A stretch of 64,000 nucleotides of DNA from NCBI RefSeq assembly GCF_022539665.2, contig NC_081334.1, positions 372,001 to 436,000 of the forward strand. The letters are read 5' to 3'. Each line of letters starts with the position of its first letter. Position 1 is the stretch's first letter. A program made the translations under genes and the position numbers. The notes beneath the pieces are model-generated. The model ran no database searches and was not told the DNA's origin. It saw only the letters and a list, made by a program, of their open reading frames with translations. Below, one piece after another: positions 48,524 through 59,522 of the stretch. This DNA comes from Daphnia carinata. Taxonomy: Eukaryota.

Positions 48524-50578
48524 ATGTCGGCTCAAGGTGGTTACGATAACGGCCGACCTGGCCGTTCGCTGGATACTAGAGCCAACAGATTCTTGACGAG
48601 AGAGGAGTTAGGGGAGTTACGCTTGCACGATCGGGATAGGGCCCATCGGGAAAGACTAAGGGTTTTGGAGCATGCTCAGGTGCCGCGTGATAGATCGCCG
48701 TTGCTTCGTAGTGTTTGGGACGTGGATTGTGGACCGTCTGGAAGAAACGAGCAGCGTTATAGTCACCCGAGTGAGGGTTTTTTCGATCGGGGCTTTTCCT
48801 CTCGCAACCGGGAGGGTTTCCGCCGGGAAACCGAGTGGGAACGCTCAGGCCGGGAAGTACGACAACCAGTGCGCCAGCGTGAGTTGGAGCGTTGGGAGAC
48901 AGAGCGACAGCACGAGTTGGATCGGCGACATAGTTGGGAGCTCCAGCGTGAGCTGGAGCGTCGAAGAGAGCTGGACTTACAGCGCGATAGGGAATGGCTA
49001 CAGGATCGAGAACGACCAAGTGACACTTTGCGCCGTGTGAGTAGTCGTCCGACGTATAGCAGTGAACGCCTGTCCAGTCGGCCATATGAAGAGCGTGCAC
49101 GTCAACCGAGTTTGTCCCCCACCGCTAGTCGAGCGCATGAGGAGCGGGCGGGGTTTGGTGAAGATCAGCTAGAAGACGACGAAGCTTTGGATGGACAACG
49201 AGGCCGACCTTGGTTACCGAGCTCCGTTAGTTCACGCCCTACGTCTTCTATGGATGAAGGGAGTCTGCCGAACAGATCGGAAGATGTTCAGTCTCCCGTA
49301 GTGGTATCACAGGCTATTTGTGACGATCTTACCTCTTTTTTGTTAAAGCCATTGACAGGGGAGGCATCCAAGGCGATTTCTAGACGGTTCCCCTTATCGT
49401 TCGAAGATTCCGACTTCTCTCTTAAGCCGCCAAGACTCGACGGCTATATGCAGCGCCGAGCCAGAGAGAAGGAGGTGATGAAGTCGGTCAGCACTACCGA
49501 GGACATTTTGGTAACGACGCAGCTTAAAATTATGGATGTGGCTCGCCCGTTGATAAGCCTGTTTGCTCGCCTCTCCGCTCTCGGTGAGGGGGAGGTCGAC
49601 ACCCAAGTAAGAGACGCAGTGGAAGCTGCCTTACAACAATGGGGACGAGCCTATCTCCACGTTACCAGGCTAAGAAGACAAGCGGTTGTCACTGCGGTGG
49701 AACCCAAGTCTGAATTTATGCTGTCGGACTCGGACATTTTTTCAGTTGGAAAGGAGGCCCGCGAGCTCCTTTTTACTGATAAATTTTTGACAGCGATGCT
49801 AAAGGAGGCTAAGCAAGACGCTACTCTGGCCCAGAGAGACGGTTTGGTGGCTGCGGCTAGACAACCCACGACGCAACGGTCGAGACCACGTGCCAGACGA
49901 GTAGCAATGGAGCGTCCAGCTTTTGTCTCTTCCAGGACACCGCGACCAGCGCTGGGTGCGGCACGTGGCCGTGGACGTGGACGCATGGCGCAGAACGGAC
50001 GGGGTCGAGCCGGATTGAGAAACACTTGGGCACTAGGACAGAGGTATATCATCCCTTTCTCTTCGGTTCCCCACCATTCTCATGTCGGGGGGCGTTTGAA
50101 ATTTTTTGCCAAGAACTGGGAACGAATTACCAACGACGTTTGGGTTCTTGAAACGGTTTCGAGAGGTTTTGAAATTGTTTTCGTTTCGGAACCAATTCAA
50201 GGGGGTCTTCCTCCTCCGGTTTCTATGTCGGAGCGGATGGCTGTTGTGTGCAACAAGGAGGTTCGGGACTTGATCAGGAAGCGAGCGATCGTGGAAGTGG
50301 TTGATAATTCCGAGGGTTGTGTGCATTCCTTTTTTGCTGTCCCCAAAAAATCTAAGGGATTGTTTCGGCCAATAGTCAATTTGAAACCCTTGAATACGTG
50401 TATTCAATACGAACACTTTAAGATGGAGAACTTGGAAGCGGTGCGTTTTTTGCTGCGGGAGGGAGACTGGATGGTCAAGCTGGATTTGGAGGATGCTTAT
50501 TTGACTGTTCCGGTCCACCCTGCTTTCCATAAGTTTTTGCGCTTCTTATGGAGAGTGTTTTTCAGTTTTCTTGTTTAG
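48524..50578 (+). CDS. DIRS gag-like ORF running in frame into the N-terminal half of RT
   Basis: R/E-rich N-terminus, LKPPRLD gag-like core, and an RG-rich end. It continues into VGGRL..F..NW, FAVPKK, RPIVNLK, HFKME and LDLEDAY. Confidence 0.85.
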   Translation: MSAQGGYDNGRPGRSLDTRANRFLTREELGELRLHDRDRAHRERLRVLEHAQVPRDRSPLLRSVWDVDCGPSGRNEQRYSHPSEGFFDRGFSSRNREGFRRETEWERSGREVRQPVRQRELERWETERQHELDRRHSWELQRELERRRELDLQRDREWLQDRERPSDTLRRVSSRPTYSSERLSSRPYEERARQPSLSPTASRAHEERAGFGEDQLEDDEALDGQRGRPWLPSSVSSRPTSSMDEGSLPNRSEDVQSPVVVSQAICDDLTSFLLKPLTGEASKAISRRFPLSFEDSDFSLKPPRLDGYMQRRAREKEVMKSVSTTEDILVTTQLKIMDVARPLISLFARLSALGEGEVDTQVRDAVEAALQQWGRAYLHVTRLRRQAVVTAVEPKSEFMLSDSDIFSVGKEARELLFTDKFLTAMLKEAKQDATLAQRDGLVAAARQPTTQRSRPRARRVAMERPAFVSSRTPRPALGAARGRGRGRMAQNGRGRAGLRNTWALGQRYIIPFSSVPHHSHVGGRLKFFAKNWERITNDVWVLETVSRGFEIVFVSEPIQGGLPPPVSMSERMAVVCNKEVRDLIRKRAIVEVVDNSEGCVHSFFAVPKKSKGLFRPIVNLKPLNTCIQYEHFKMENLEAVRFLLREGDWMVKLDLEDAYLTVPVHPAFHKFLRFLWRVFFSFLV

Positions 50579-52098
50579 CTTTTGGGCTTGCACCGGCTCC
50601 TAGAGTGTTCACCAAGCTTCTTAAGGTGGTTATGGCCGTGTTGCGTAGAGAGGGTATTAGGCTAGTAGTCTATCTAGATGACATTCTGATCATGAATGCA
50701 TCAAAGGAAGGCCTTCGTACGGACATTGAAACGGTAGTGGGACTAATTCAAAGCCTAGGTTTTCTGCTGAACTGGTCAAAGTCGGTGCTTAAACCCACTC
50801 AAATCTTAGAATATTTGGGTTTAATGGTTAACTCTAAACGTATGTCGTTTGCGCTACCAGCTAAAAAGGTTTTATCGGTAAAGGCCATGTGTCAAGCGGC
50901 GTTAGACAAAAACAGAATTTCCCTCAGGGAGATTGCTTCTATTCTCGGGAACTTTACTTGGGCTATTCCGTCGATCCCTTTTGCTCAATCACATTATCGA
51001 AGCATGCAACGTTTTTATATTGAGCAGGCCAAGGAATTCGCTTTCAACTTGAATGCGAGCTGTATCTTGTCTGAGGGGGCTCGAGTGGATTTAAAGTGGT
51101 GGGTCTGCAACTTAGACGCGTCGAAAGACAGGTTGTTTTTCCCAAAAGTGCCTGACTTAGAGATTTCTGCGGATGCGTCGCTTTCTGGCTGGGGGGCATG
51201 TTGCAATGGCGTAAGGACAGGGGGTCCTTGGACTCTATCTGACACTTCGAAGCATATAAACGAGCTGGAACTTATCGGGGCGTTTTATGCTATTCAATCG
51301 TTTACGGCGGCGTCAAGGGATATAGCCATTCGCATTTTTCTGGACAACACAACGGCCGTAGCGTATATAAACAAGTGCGGAGGTACAAAATCGATAGCGC
51401 TTTCGGTTACCTCGAAGTTATTGACGGATTGGTGTGAGGAGCGTGGAGTTGCCGTTGAAGCGGTGCACTTGGCTGGCAAGCTTAACGTGGAGGCGGACGA
51501 GGAGTCGCGCTCGGCAGACGCAAGTGATTGGAGGCTGTGTCCGACGGTTTTTTCGTGCATTAATAACGTTTGGCCGTCGGACGTAGACTTGTTTGCCGCT
51601 CCTTGGAATGCGCAATTGGCGTCATTCGTTTCATGGAGACCTCAGCCAGAGGCAATGGCAACCAATGCTTTCGCTTTGAATTGGGGTGGGTTGTCGGGGT
51701 ACGTGTTCCCACCTTTTTGTTTAATTTTCAAGTGCCTGGAGAAAATTAGGCGAGAACAAGCTACAGTGGTTTTTATTTGCCCAGTTTGGACTGGTCAACC
51801 CTGGTTTCCACTTTTGCTAGAACTGGCGTGCGAAGTCCCACGCTTGCTTCATCCGAGCCCCACATTACTAACATCCGCCTTGGAAGAAACACATCCGCTG
51901 CTGACGACCGGCGCGCTACACCTAGCCGCTTGGAAACTATCCGGCGTGGCTTTGGAGGGCGAGGCTTTTCGCCGCAGCTGGTCGAGCTACTCTTGGCGGG
52001 ACGCCGTCCCAATACAAACGCAGCCTATGAGTCGGCGTGGCGAAATTGGGTGGATTGGTGCGTGGGGCGGCATCAGGATCCCTTGTCAAATGACATGA
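50548..52098 (+). CDS. DIRS RT (C-terminal half), RNase H and methyltransferase-like domain
   Basis: LAFGLAPAPRVFTK, YLDD, DASLSGWG, HINELE, DNTTAV, N..AD..SR, then DLFA and YVFPPF. A frameshift at about 50550 separates it from the RT N-terminal half. Confidence 0.9.
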   Translation: MESVFQFSCLAFGLAPAPRVFTKLLKVVMAVLRREGIRLVVYLDDILIMNASKEGLRTDIETVVGLIQSLGFLLNWSKSVLKPTQILEYLGLMVNSKRMSFALPAKKVLSVKAMCQAALDKNRISLREIASILGNFTWAIPSIPFAQSHYRSMQRFYIEQAKEFAFNLNASCILSEGARVDLKWWVCNLDASKDRLFFPKVPDLEISADASLSGWGACCNGVRTGGPWTLSDTSKHINELELIGAFYAIQSFTAASRDIAIRIFLDNTTAVAYINKCGGTKSIALSVTSKLLTDWCEERGVAVEAVHLAGKLNVEADEESRSADASDWRLCPTVFSCINNVWPSDVDLFAAPWNAQLASFVSWRPQPEAMATNAFALNWGGLSGYVFPPFCLIFKCLEKIRREQATVVFICPVWTGQPWFPLLLELACEVPRLLHPSPTLLTSALEETHPLLTTGALHLAAWKLSGVALEGEAFRRSWSSYSWRDAVPIQTQPMSRRGEIGWIGAWGGIRIPCQMT

Positions 52099-52901
52099 AG
52101 AACGTTCTGGAGTTCCTGACAGACTTGCATGCCTCGGGCAAGTCTTATAGCACCATAAATATTCACCGCTCGATGCTGTCGAAAACTTTGGATAGTGTGG
52201 AAGGATCTTCATTGGGGAAGCATTCGCTGGTGGTCGAACTGTTAAAGGGCTGCTACAACCAGAATCCGCCTAGGCCTAAATATAACGCGATGTGGGATCC
52301 TGACCAAGTTTTCACCTTCGTTTCATCGCTAGAAGAGAACCAGTGTTTGCCGCTGTCAGTTCTTGCCTACAAGACGGTCACCTTGTTAGCTTTAGCGACC
52401 CTGATGCGAGTGTCGGAAATCTCCGCGATTAGCCTGAGTTCGATTGTTTTTTCGAACGTGGATGTTAGGTTTTCCTTAGTGGCCTTAAGGAAAACTCAAC
52501 GCATTGGGCCTCTTCAGTCGGCGAAAGTGAGAACCTGCCCAGACGAGAAACTATGTCCGGTGCGAGCTTTGCGAAGTGTCATCGAACGCACTCAGGTTTT
52601 TAGAAACGAGGCCAATAGCGGCAGAGTTTTCATTGGGCTTATAGCACCACACGTGCCCGTATCTGCCAACACTATCGGAAGATGGATTAAGTCCTTTCTA
52701 GGATTGGCAGGAATTAACACAGCGATTTTTGGGGCGCACTCTACAAGAGGTGCTGCGGCGTCTAAAGCAGTGCGTAACGGCGTCGCCGTTGATGCAATTT
52801 TGCGAGCAGGGCAGTGGTCTAGGGAATCTACGTTCGCCCGTTTCTACAGGAGGAGTGCAGGACCGTCGGTCGGCACAGAGTATCTTGAAACACAAATGTA
52901 A
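51777..52901 (+). CDS. DIRS tyrosine recombinase
   Basis: Catalytic set present: R (MRVSEI), K (RKTQR), HSTR, W (GQWS) and Y (FARFY). LCPVRAL motif. Overlaps the pol ORF as in DIRS1 elements. Confidence 0.93.
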   Translation: MPSLDWSTLVSTFARTGVRSPTLASSEPHITNIRLGRNTSAADDRRATPSRLETIRRGFGGRGFSPQLVELLLAGRRPNTNAAYESAWRNWVDWCVGRHQDPLSNDMKNVLEFLTDLHASGKSYSTINIHRSMLSKTLDSVEGSSLGKHSLVVELLKGCYNQNPPRPKYNAMWDPDQVFTFVSSLEENQCLPLSVLAYKTVTLLALATLMRVSEISAISLSSIVFSNVDVRFSLVALRKTQRIGPLQSAKVRTCPDEKLCPVRALRSVIERTQVFRNEANSGRVFIGLIAPHVPVSANTIGRWIKSFLGLAGINTAIFGAHSTRGAAASKAVRNGVAVDAILRAGQWSRESTFARFYRRSAGPSVGTEYLETQM

Positions 52902-55379
52902 CTTAGGTAGGCCTTTAAAGTCACCCTTAGGGTCTAGCGAAATGTTTTTCGCTACACAATAGCAAATTATCAGAGGGATCGCGAAGCGATCCCGATAGAT
53001 AATTAGAATTGTGTAAGAAAATAAATGAAGAGACGACCCTAAGGGTACGTCTACCCGCCAGCCCACCCTGATTTCGTGATCCTTTTCATTTATTTAGTTA
53101 CATGGTCCGTAATTTGTGTTTTGGGCTACCTTTGTTTATGTTCTATACTCCGTCGGACCAGGGTTCAACCAGCCAGATCTAGTAAGAGACCGCGAATCGA
53201 CGACGGAAGGACGGATGGTTTTGGCCAAGGCGACTAACCAGAAAGGGGTTTTGTTTCTACCCGCTGGAGTGTCGGCAGTCGCGAGCGGATGAGAAAAGAA
53301 AGAGATGGACTATCTCTAACCCTTGTGTTCAGTTTTTTTCCTTGTTTCCCTCACAATTTTTTCCCCAACAGAGTTATTTTTACTCCTGGAAAATTCAGGT
53401 TTGTTTTTTTTTCTCTGTGGAGGGTTTTTTGATCTCTGCGTTCTTGGTTGTCATTTTTTCGTTCGGCATTTATTATGTTTGAAGTATCATCCTTTATAGT
53501 TTGTTCTGTTTATATTGTCAAGTGTTGTCACTTTAGACGTGTAGAAAATATGTCTGAGGTGTATGGGCGGCTTAGGCCGCGTGCAGGGGGAAGAGGGAGA
53601 AAGAAAAAAAAAAAAAAAAAAAAGGGGGAGTTTTCCCTTTTCTTTGGATTTTCTTTGGTTTTTTCTTTTTCTCTTTTAAGTTTAGCTAAAATAAATGTGT
53701 CTACACCCTTAGGGTCGTCTCTTCATTTATTTTCTTACACAATTCTAATTATCTATCGGGATCGCTTCGCGATCCCTCTGATAATTTGCTATTATTGTCA
53801 TGACATAATCGAATCAAATATTTCTAAATCATTTTTAAATATATTTTAGTGTCACCTTTCTGACGCGATACAAGGAACCTATTTCGTACAAGCCTTGTGT
53901 CAAAAAATGGAAGAAGAATATTTAACCAGTGAATGTGATGGCTGGTTGCCGGATGAGAAGAGGAACGAAGGAAGAGGAGAGAAGGACATTCGGGACCTGG
54001 AGGGGATTTTGAGAGGGGAGGACGGTGTCCAGTCCATCATGAACAACAAAATATAAAACAAAGAATATAGGCAAACGATTTCGTGCGAAACCTACCTCAG
54101 GAAATACATCGTGTTCAGATGCAGCAACCAAATCGTCTTTAACGAATCACAGAACGAAACAAAATCTTTGTTAACAATAACGCCATGGTAGAAGATTCCG
54201 CTTCGCCTAAAAAATCCAAGTTTGGCTAATCTTGTCCTTGAAAAGTAACTTTTATTCAAATGTGTAATGTCACCCTCGTAGGAGAAACAATAAATATAGA
54301 AATAACGACCTTGCTTCAACTGAAGTCTATTAAATGGTCAAAATGGAACGCAAAGTAACAGACTGTTTGACGTAATGGTCTTTTTCCCCAATCAAAATTC
54401 AATTCATCAAATTAAAGAAAACCAAAATTACGTTTCAAACTTACAAAACTACGGAACGATAAAAGAAATTTATTTCTCAGGGATTCGGATGCCTGCGGTT
54501 CCAAAAATGATTCGGAATATTTAAAAAAAAAATGAGGATTAATTGCTGCATTGTCCCATGCACCCATCAGGACAGAGGGTAGAGTCCACCACATCCTAGT
54601 CCCTAATAAGGGAATGGCCATTCAGCTAAAGTTTTTAGCATTACATTTTTTATATGGCGTTTTTGAATTGAAAATAAAGGTTCTTATTTTTTTAAATGCA
54701 ATTATAGATTGATTCACTTTGAGAGAACTGCAAAATAGCATTCACTATTAACAGCGTTTATTCTTGTATTTTGGCATAGGCAGTGCTATTAAAAACCAGC
54801 AATTAGAAAGATATTGATTAGTAATGTTAAAGTAATGTAAGGTAACAAAAATGTACATTACAAAATGGAAACTGTGACCATAGGAAAAAGTTTTGTTTTT
54901 CAGAGGAGAACGGTATGAATTCCTCTGTTAAGCTTACAAATTTAAAAGCCATGCACTTTTCCTTGCTGGGTACGAAACGCTGTTACGTCATAAGTTAGTC
55001 AATCAAATTGCCGGTTACCACAAAAAACTCACAAAAACAAGAATATAGCTGGAATAGGAAACTAACCCTACTAATACTACTACCTACTACTACTACTATT
55101 ACAAATTAACCCTTCGCACGCTTGCTGAAATACCTTGTGTAGAAATCTCAGAAAAACGAATAGCTACACTCAAGTACATCCTTGCAATCTTCGAAGTCAC
55201 TAATTTGGAATCTTTCCTGACATGAGGGTTTTTTTTTTACTACATGGCTTACTAACGTTGAAATTATACTGGACAGTCTTGGTTTACGGGGTATCAAGTA
55301 GTACTGTCGGGAAATGGTATTCGCACATCCCCGTTATTAGTTTGTTTTTAAATATATAGCGGCTGCTACGCGGCCATGA

Positions 55380-56040
55380 TCATTGCACCCTTCCCCTGTG
55401 TCCCCTGTGATGTATTTTTCGAGCCATCCGGTTCCATTTTGGTGGCAACGGGGACAGCATCGGAAGTTGGCACATGGTTGAAGGTACAATGGATTCCGTT
55501 TGATTCATAGCCTCTTCATCTAATGGTACAGCATTCATATCCCTTCGATTTGTGGTTTCTACAAAATCATTTTTCCGGTTATTTAAGGAAATTACGAAAC
55601 TTTCAATTAAACGTAGGAACAAAAATCTGGGATTAACGCTTTGATAGTTGGAAAGTTCTATTGTTTCACCTTCATTCATCCCAGCTACTCCGTCATTGTA
55701 CGCGCGTCCTTCTGGACTGGATGGTAGTTTTGAAAGTAATGAGACAGCAGAAGGGTCCGAATTCTCCCCCGAATTAGTGCTGAACGGATCGTTCATTGGC
55801 TGTGCTGGAACAGTATCCACACGCTCCGAAGGTCGTTCTTCAGTCGCCCGTACGTCTGGCAGTAAAGGCTGTCTGTTCCCAGCATCGTTTGGCAAATCAG
55901 GATTGTGGGGAGGCCTTTCCACTATGACTTCAGTTACATTCTCCGAAGTAGATGGGGGCGTTCGAAACAACTGATCAAGGAGGGGAACAATAATACATTT
56001 GAGACGTCAAATGAATTCGCTGACTTTGTGCATACAGTAG
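55380..56040 (-). pseudogene. Truncated paralog of the TNFR-like gene (cytoplasmic exons only)
   Basis: QPMNDPFSTNSGENSDPS...PEG..ETIELSNY matches QPMNVPFDTNSGENLDPS...PEG..ETIEFSNY at 44225-44400. Intron sequence GAATTCGCTGACTTTGTGCATA is shared (44616 and 56013). TM and Cys-rich exons are absent. Confidence 0.8.
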
Positions 56041-56739
56041 GGGAGGTAGGGCGTGGTTGGAACAAAAAACTCATTTTTGTTCCGTACGCTTACAAAAATC
56101 GTCCAACTAGACTAAAAAATATGTAGATTTGTAGCCAGTTATCTCAGCTACATAACAGTATTTTTTTGGGTGGGTTCGGCAAAGATGAACATCTGCTATG
56201 TGTAAAAAACTGGAGGTACCTCAAGTTGTTTCAATTGCCAATTCTGCTCGGCAATTGAAACAGGGCGTCTGGGCAATTGAAACGTGGGTTTTCCCATAAG
56301 AGAGCTCCCGGTTTTATGAAGAAACTAAAATGACGATATCTCAGAATCTGGGATACGTATTTTGATGATTTTTTACAGCAATACAAAGAATTTTGATCTT
56401 TATTTTTTAAGATATTTTATAACAATTCTTCAGTAACTAAATATTATTTAATGAATTTTGGAAGTTTTCTGAATTAGGTTCAGAACACCGTTAGTAATCC
56501 AAAGAACGGTTAATAGTATGAAGATCAAATTTTTATAATCGAATATGGCATGTCCAGCCTTATATCATAATTGTTTTTAATGTCGGTAATTTAATTTTTA
56601 AAATTTAATTTCTTTAATCAACGCTCTAAATAAAAACACAAACATTGTGGCAGACGATAAGGGTCAGCCACTCAGCAGACGATATGTGTTGATGTGCATT
56701 ATTTACTTTGCTATAGTATAGGCTATGCTATAGCACGGG

Positions 56740-57796
56740 CAGAGTTGAAACTAGCTCACCGAAACGTGAGCTTAGCTAAAGCTCTTCGCTCATGGCTAAA
56801 AAGTGAGCGGAGCTCAAGCTCAAGCTCGTAAAAAAAAGTTGAGCTCCGCTCAAGCTCACGTTCGCTCAAGCTCATTTTTAAACAATTATTTAAAAAATAA
56901 AACTAGTGGCAACGGTGTATTTGAGTCTTTAATTAGTAATTTTTAGTCCATTTCTTCACTGATTCTACCCCTGTGGTAGAATTCCGACCCTGGGTGGGAA
57001 AAAAAAATTTCAGTTTTTCCCGCGGGCCATGGAAAGATGCACATGTGCGACTGGCTAAAATGACCCGCCAAAAAAAAACACAAAAAAATTCTCACAAAGG
57101 CAAAGGCGGCCGAATAAAATGGCCTGGTGAAAAGAAAAAACAAAAAACTTAATGTCTCGTGAAGGCATACGGGGCCGAGTAAAAACGGTGCGCCGTAAAG
57201 AAAAAACTCAAAAAATGCCCCACAAAGGCGTAGGTGGATGGGGAAAAATGACCAGCCGAAAAAAAAACGAAATTCGAAAAGAAGAATTCTACTACGAAGG
57301 AAGAAACAGGCTAAAAATTACTAATTAAAGACTCAAATATACCTAGGGATCTTTTGTTACGATAGGGTGGAACAGTTTTAAGTGCAACGAAATCTTTCGT
57401 TGCAATAGGGGAAAAAGCCGTTATTGCAACGAAAGATTTCGTAGCAATAGATTCCATCAGAAAAAACCATAAGAAAATTTACCTACAAGTCGACGTTACA
57501 GTAACACTGCACTGATTATTAAAGAAGTTAGCACTTAGATGTCAGCTATCAAGCTCAAGCCAGCCTGCTTTTCAGTTTAAACTTCAAGATTGCACCTTGT
57601 TTGACATGTTTAATTTTTTGTAAAAACTTTTAATTTTGGTTCATAGATGGCGTTCTGTGAGCTTCTCGCTCATGGACCAAAAGCTCACGCTCAAGCTCGC
57701 ATTTTTTAAAAAGAGCACGCTCAAGCTCGAAGCTCACCAAATGAGTGAGCGCGCTCACGAAAAGCTCAAGCTCACGCGAAGCTCGTTTCAACTCTG
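56740..57796. mobile_element. Composite non-autonomous DNA transposon with TIR CAGAGTTGAAAC and an internal 29-bp inverted repeat pair (56918 and 57339)
   Basis: CAGAGTTGAAAC at 56740 and GTTTCAACTCTG ending at 57796. GCTCA(A/C)G subterminal repeats. Inner repeat TATTTGAGTCTTTAATTAGTAATTTTTAG and its reverse complement. No TSD seen. Confidence 0.75.
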
Positions 57797-59522
57797 GTCA
57801 AGTGCCAACAAAGAAAGGTCGGAGTAATTTTTGATCAGTTTTCTCCAATCATCCTGTTTGTATATTTCTTTTCCTTGTGATTCCACGAAAGTGAATGCTG
57901 CTTCACGGTCTAACAGGAGAGGTACACTCCCAAGACAGCCGGCGAGGAAAGCCAGACGTACCCATATGCCGTTTTGGTACGCAAGACGTCCGCTAGGAGC
58001 GCCACCTGTTCAGTACCCCAACATCAGGAGGGTATCCTGCCCAGTCGTTTTAAGCGCTGTGACAGTTAGAAGAACATGTTACCATTAAATACCGTGAATT
58101 AAGGGATCAAACACTATTGATAACGGAATCGTTCTTCGTAAAAGTAACTCATCAAAATTCTAAAAAAATTTTCCTATAATGTCATAAATGAACATTATCT
58201 GAAAAATTGTGACGAACATCGATCGACTTCATTTTAAAACAAAATACTTAAGCAAGCGCTTTAAATTTCGATTAATATATAGCACTCACGAATTAGGGTG
58301 TAACTTCATTGCTACGACGCAACGGGAAGACCGTAAATGACACGCAAGGAATCTTTCATAGTCTTGCGGCCGATGTTGACACTAATAAGTATATTCATTG
58401 GCTACGAAAATTCACTACGAGAATTGTTTGTCTTGTAGTGATGGCAGAGTTTACAGGAAGCCTTCACCTCCATGGCTGTCTTCAACTACCTTTAGGGGGA
58501 ATTTAATCATTTAAATCCCTAAATGATTGGATTTGTATGAAATAATACAGTTTTCTGTTGTGCTCCCTTACCCCATTGAATACTGTAGCTTCTGCTGAAA
58601 TTGGTTGAACATGGTGACGATGACGGCGAGCGGCAGCCTCTGTATAGCTGAAGATGTCGACGTTTAAGTTGAATCGCTTACACCTTTCTGTAAATGTATC
58701 CACGCAACATCAAATGTAGCATATGGCAGCCTCAAACGGGAGCAGTATAGTATTGTCTATCTAATCTCTACGTTACTATTCGTCCAGTTAGAAGTTTCTA
58801 CAGCTAAAAATGTGTGATAGTAGTATACTTCCCTGTTTGTATATTAATCTTTCCCTACGAACATGGCAAAAAATTTTCATTTCTGAAGGCATCACCTTGA
58901 AATCAATGTATAACAGTAACAATGACATTGCCGTAAACGTTCTTTTAGCTCATAGTAGAGAATGCTGGAGTCATGGTTTGAAAGTCAAGTGAATTATGAT
59001 CAGTGTCTATTATGGCATGTGCCACTAATCTATATTCACAAGAACTGGCACAATTCCCGCCTAATCACAAGAAACGCAATCGGGTGGCCACAGAGATCAC
59101 TGTCCTGTAATTTGTCCATTGTCCCTAACGTTTTTTAAAAACTCCATAAGGTTTTATTGGGTGATCTGAGGTGCCATTACGAGCCGAATAGAAATGAATT
59201 TACGTGTATACAAATGGCATAGGTGCCGACGCAGTTAGAAGCTGGTTGCCCTAGTATTCCATTTGGCTGTTGCAAATGTCATTAAAAAGCAGCTGGGTAA
59301 CTTGCGAGAGAGCTATATAACCAGTGTATATATAATCGTCACAACAGAAAAAGTCTTATAGGCGTTGTTTTGAATTACGTTGTCCAACGTGCGCCATCCT
59401 ATTCACCACAAAGTGGCTTCTGAACTCCAACTGGTAAGCATGCCTATTATGGGATTAATTGTTACAAATACTTTTGCGTCTTTCTGGTCCACGACAGCAG
59501 GACATTTAATCCCCATCTCTTA

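Larger units (their letters stand above)
48308..53793 (+). mobile_element. Complete DIRS1-type tyrosine-recombinase retrotransposon (about 5.5 kb)
   Basis: Inverted terminal repeats at about 48334-48505 and 53545-53716. Right extension to 53790. Internal complementary region 52922-53046 pairs with both termini. ATT at both junctions. Gag, RT/RH/MT and YR ORFs present. Confidence 0.97.
47354..54191 (+). pseudogene. Dredd/caspase-8-like caspase with an N-terminal kinase-domain remnant, disrupted by a frameshift, a premature stop and a DIRS insertion
   Basis: Motifs GLCVIFNQKKF, RYGTEHD, CLLSHG, SLYGKPKVFIVQACQE, DFITIKSTIPGFVS, GTYFVQALC and RQTISCETYLRKYIVF. Intron at 47513-47576, +1 frameshift at about 47670, in-frame TAA at 54054-54056. 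Confidence 0.88.
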
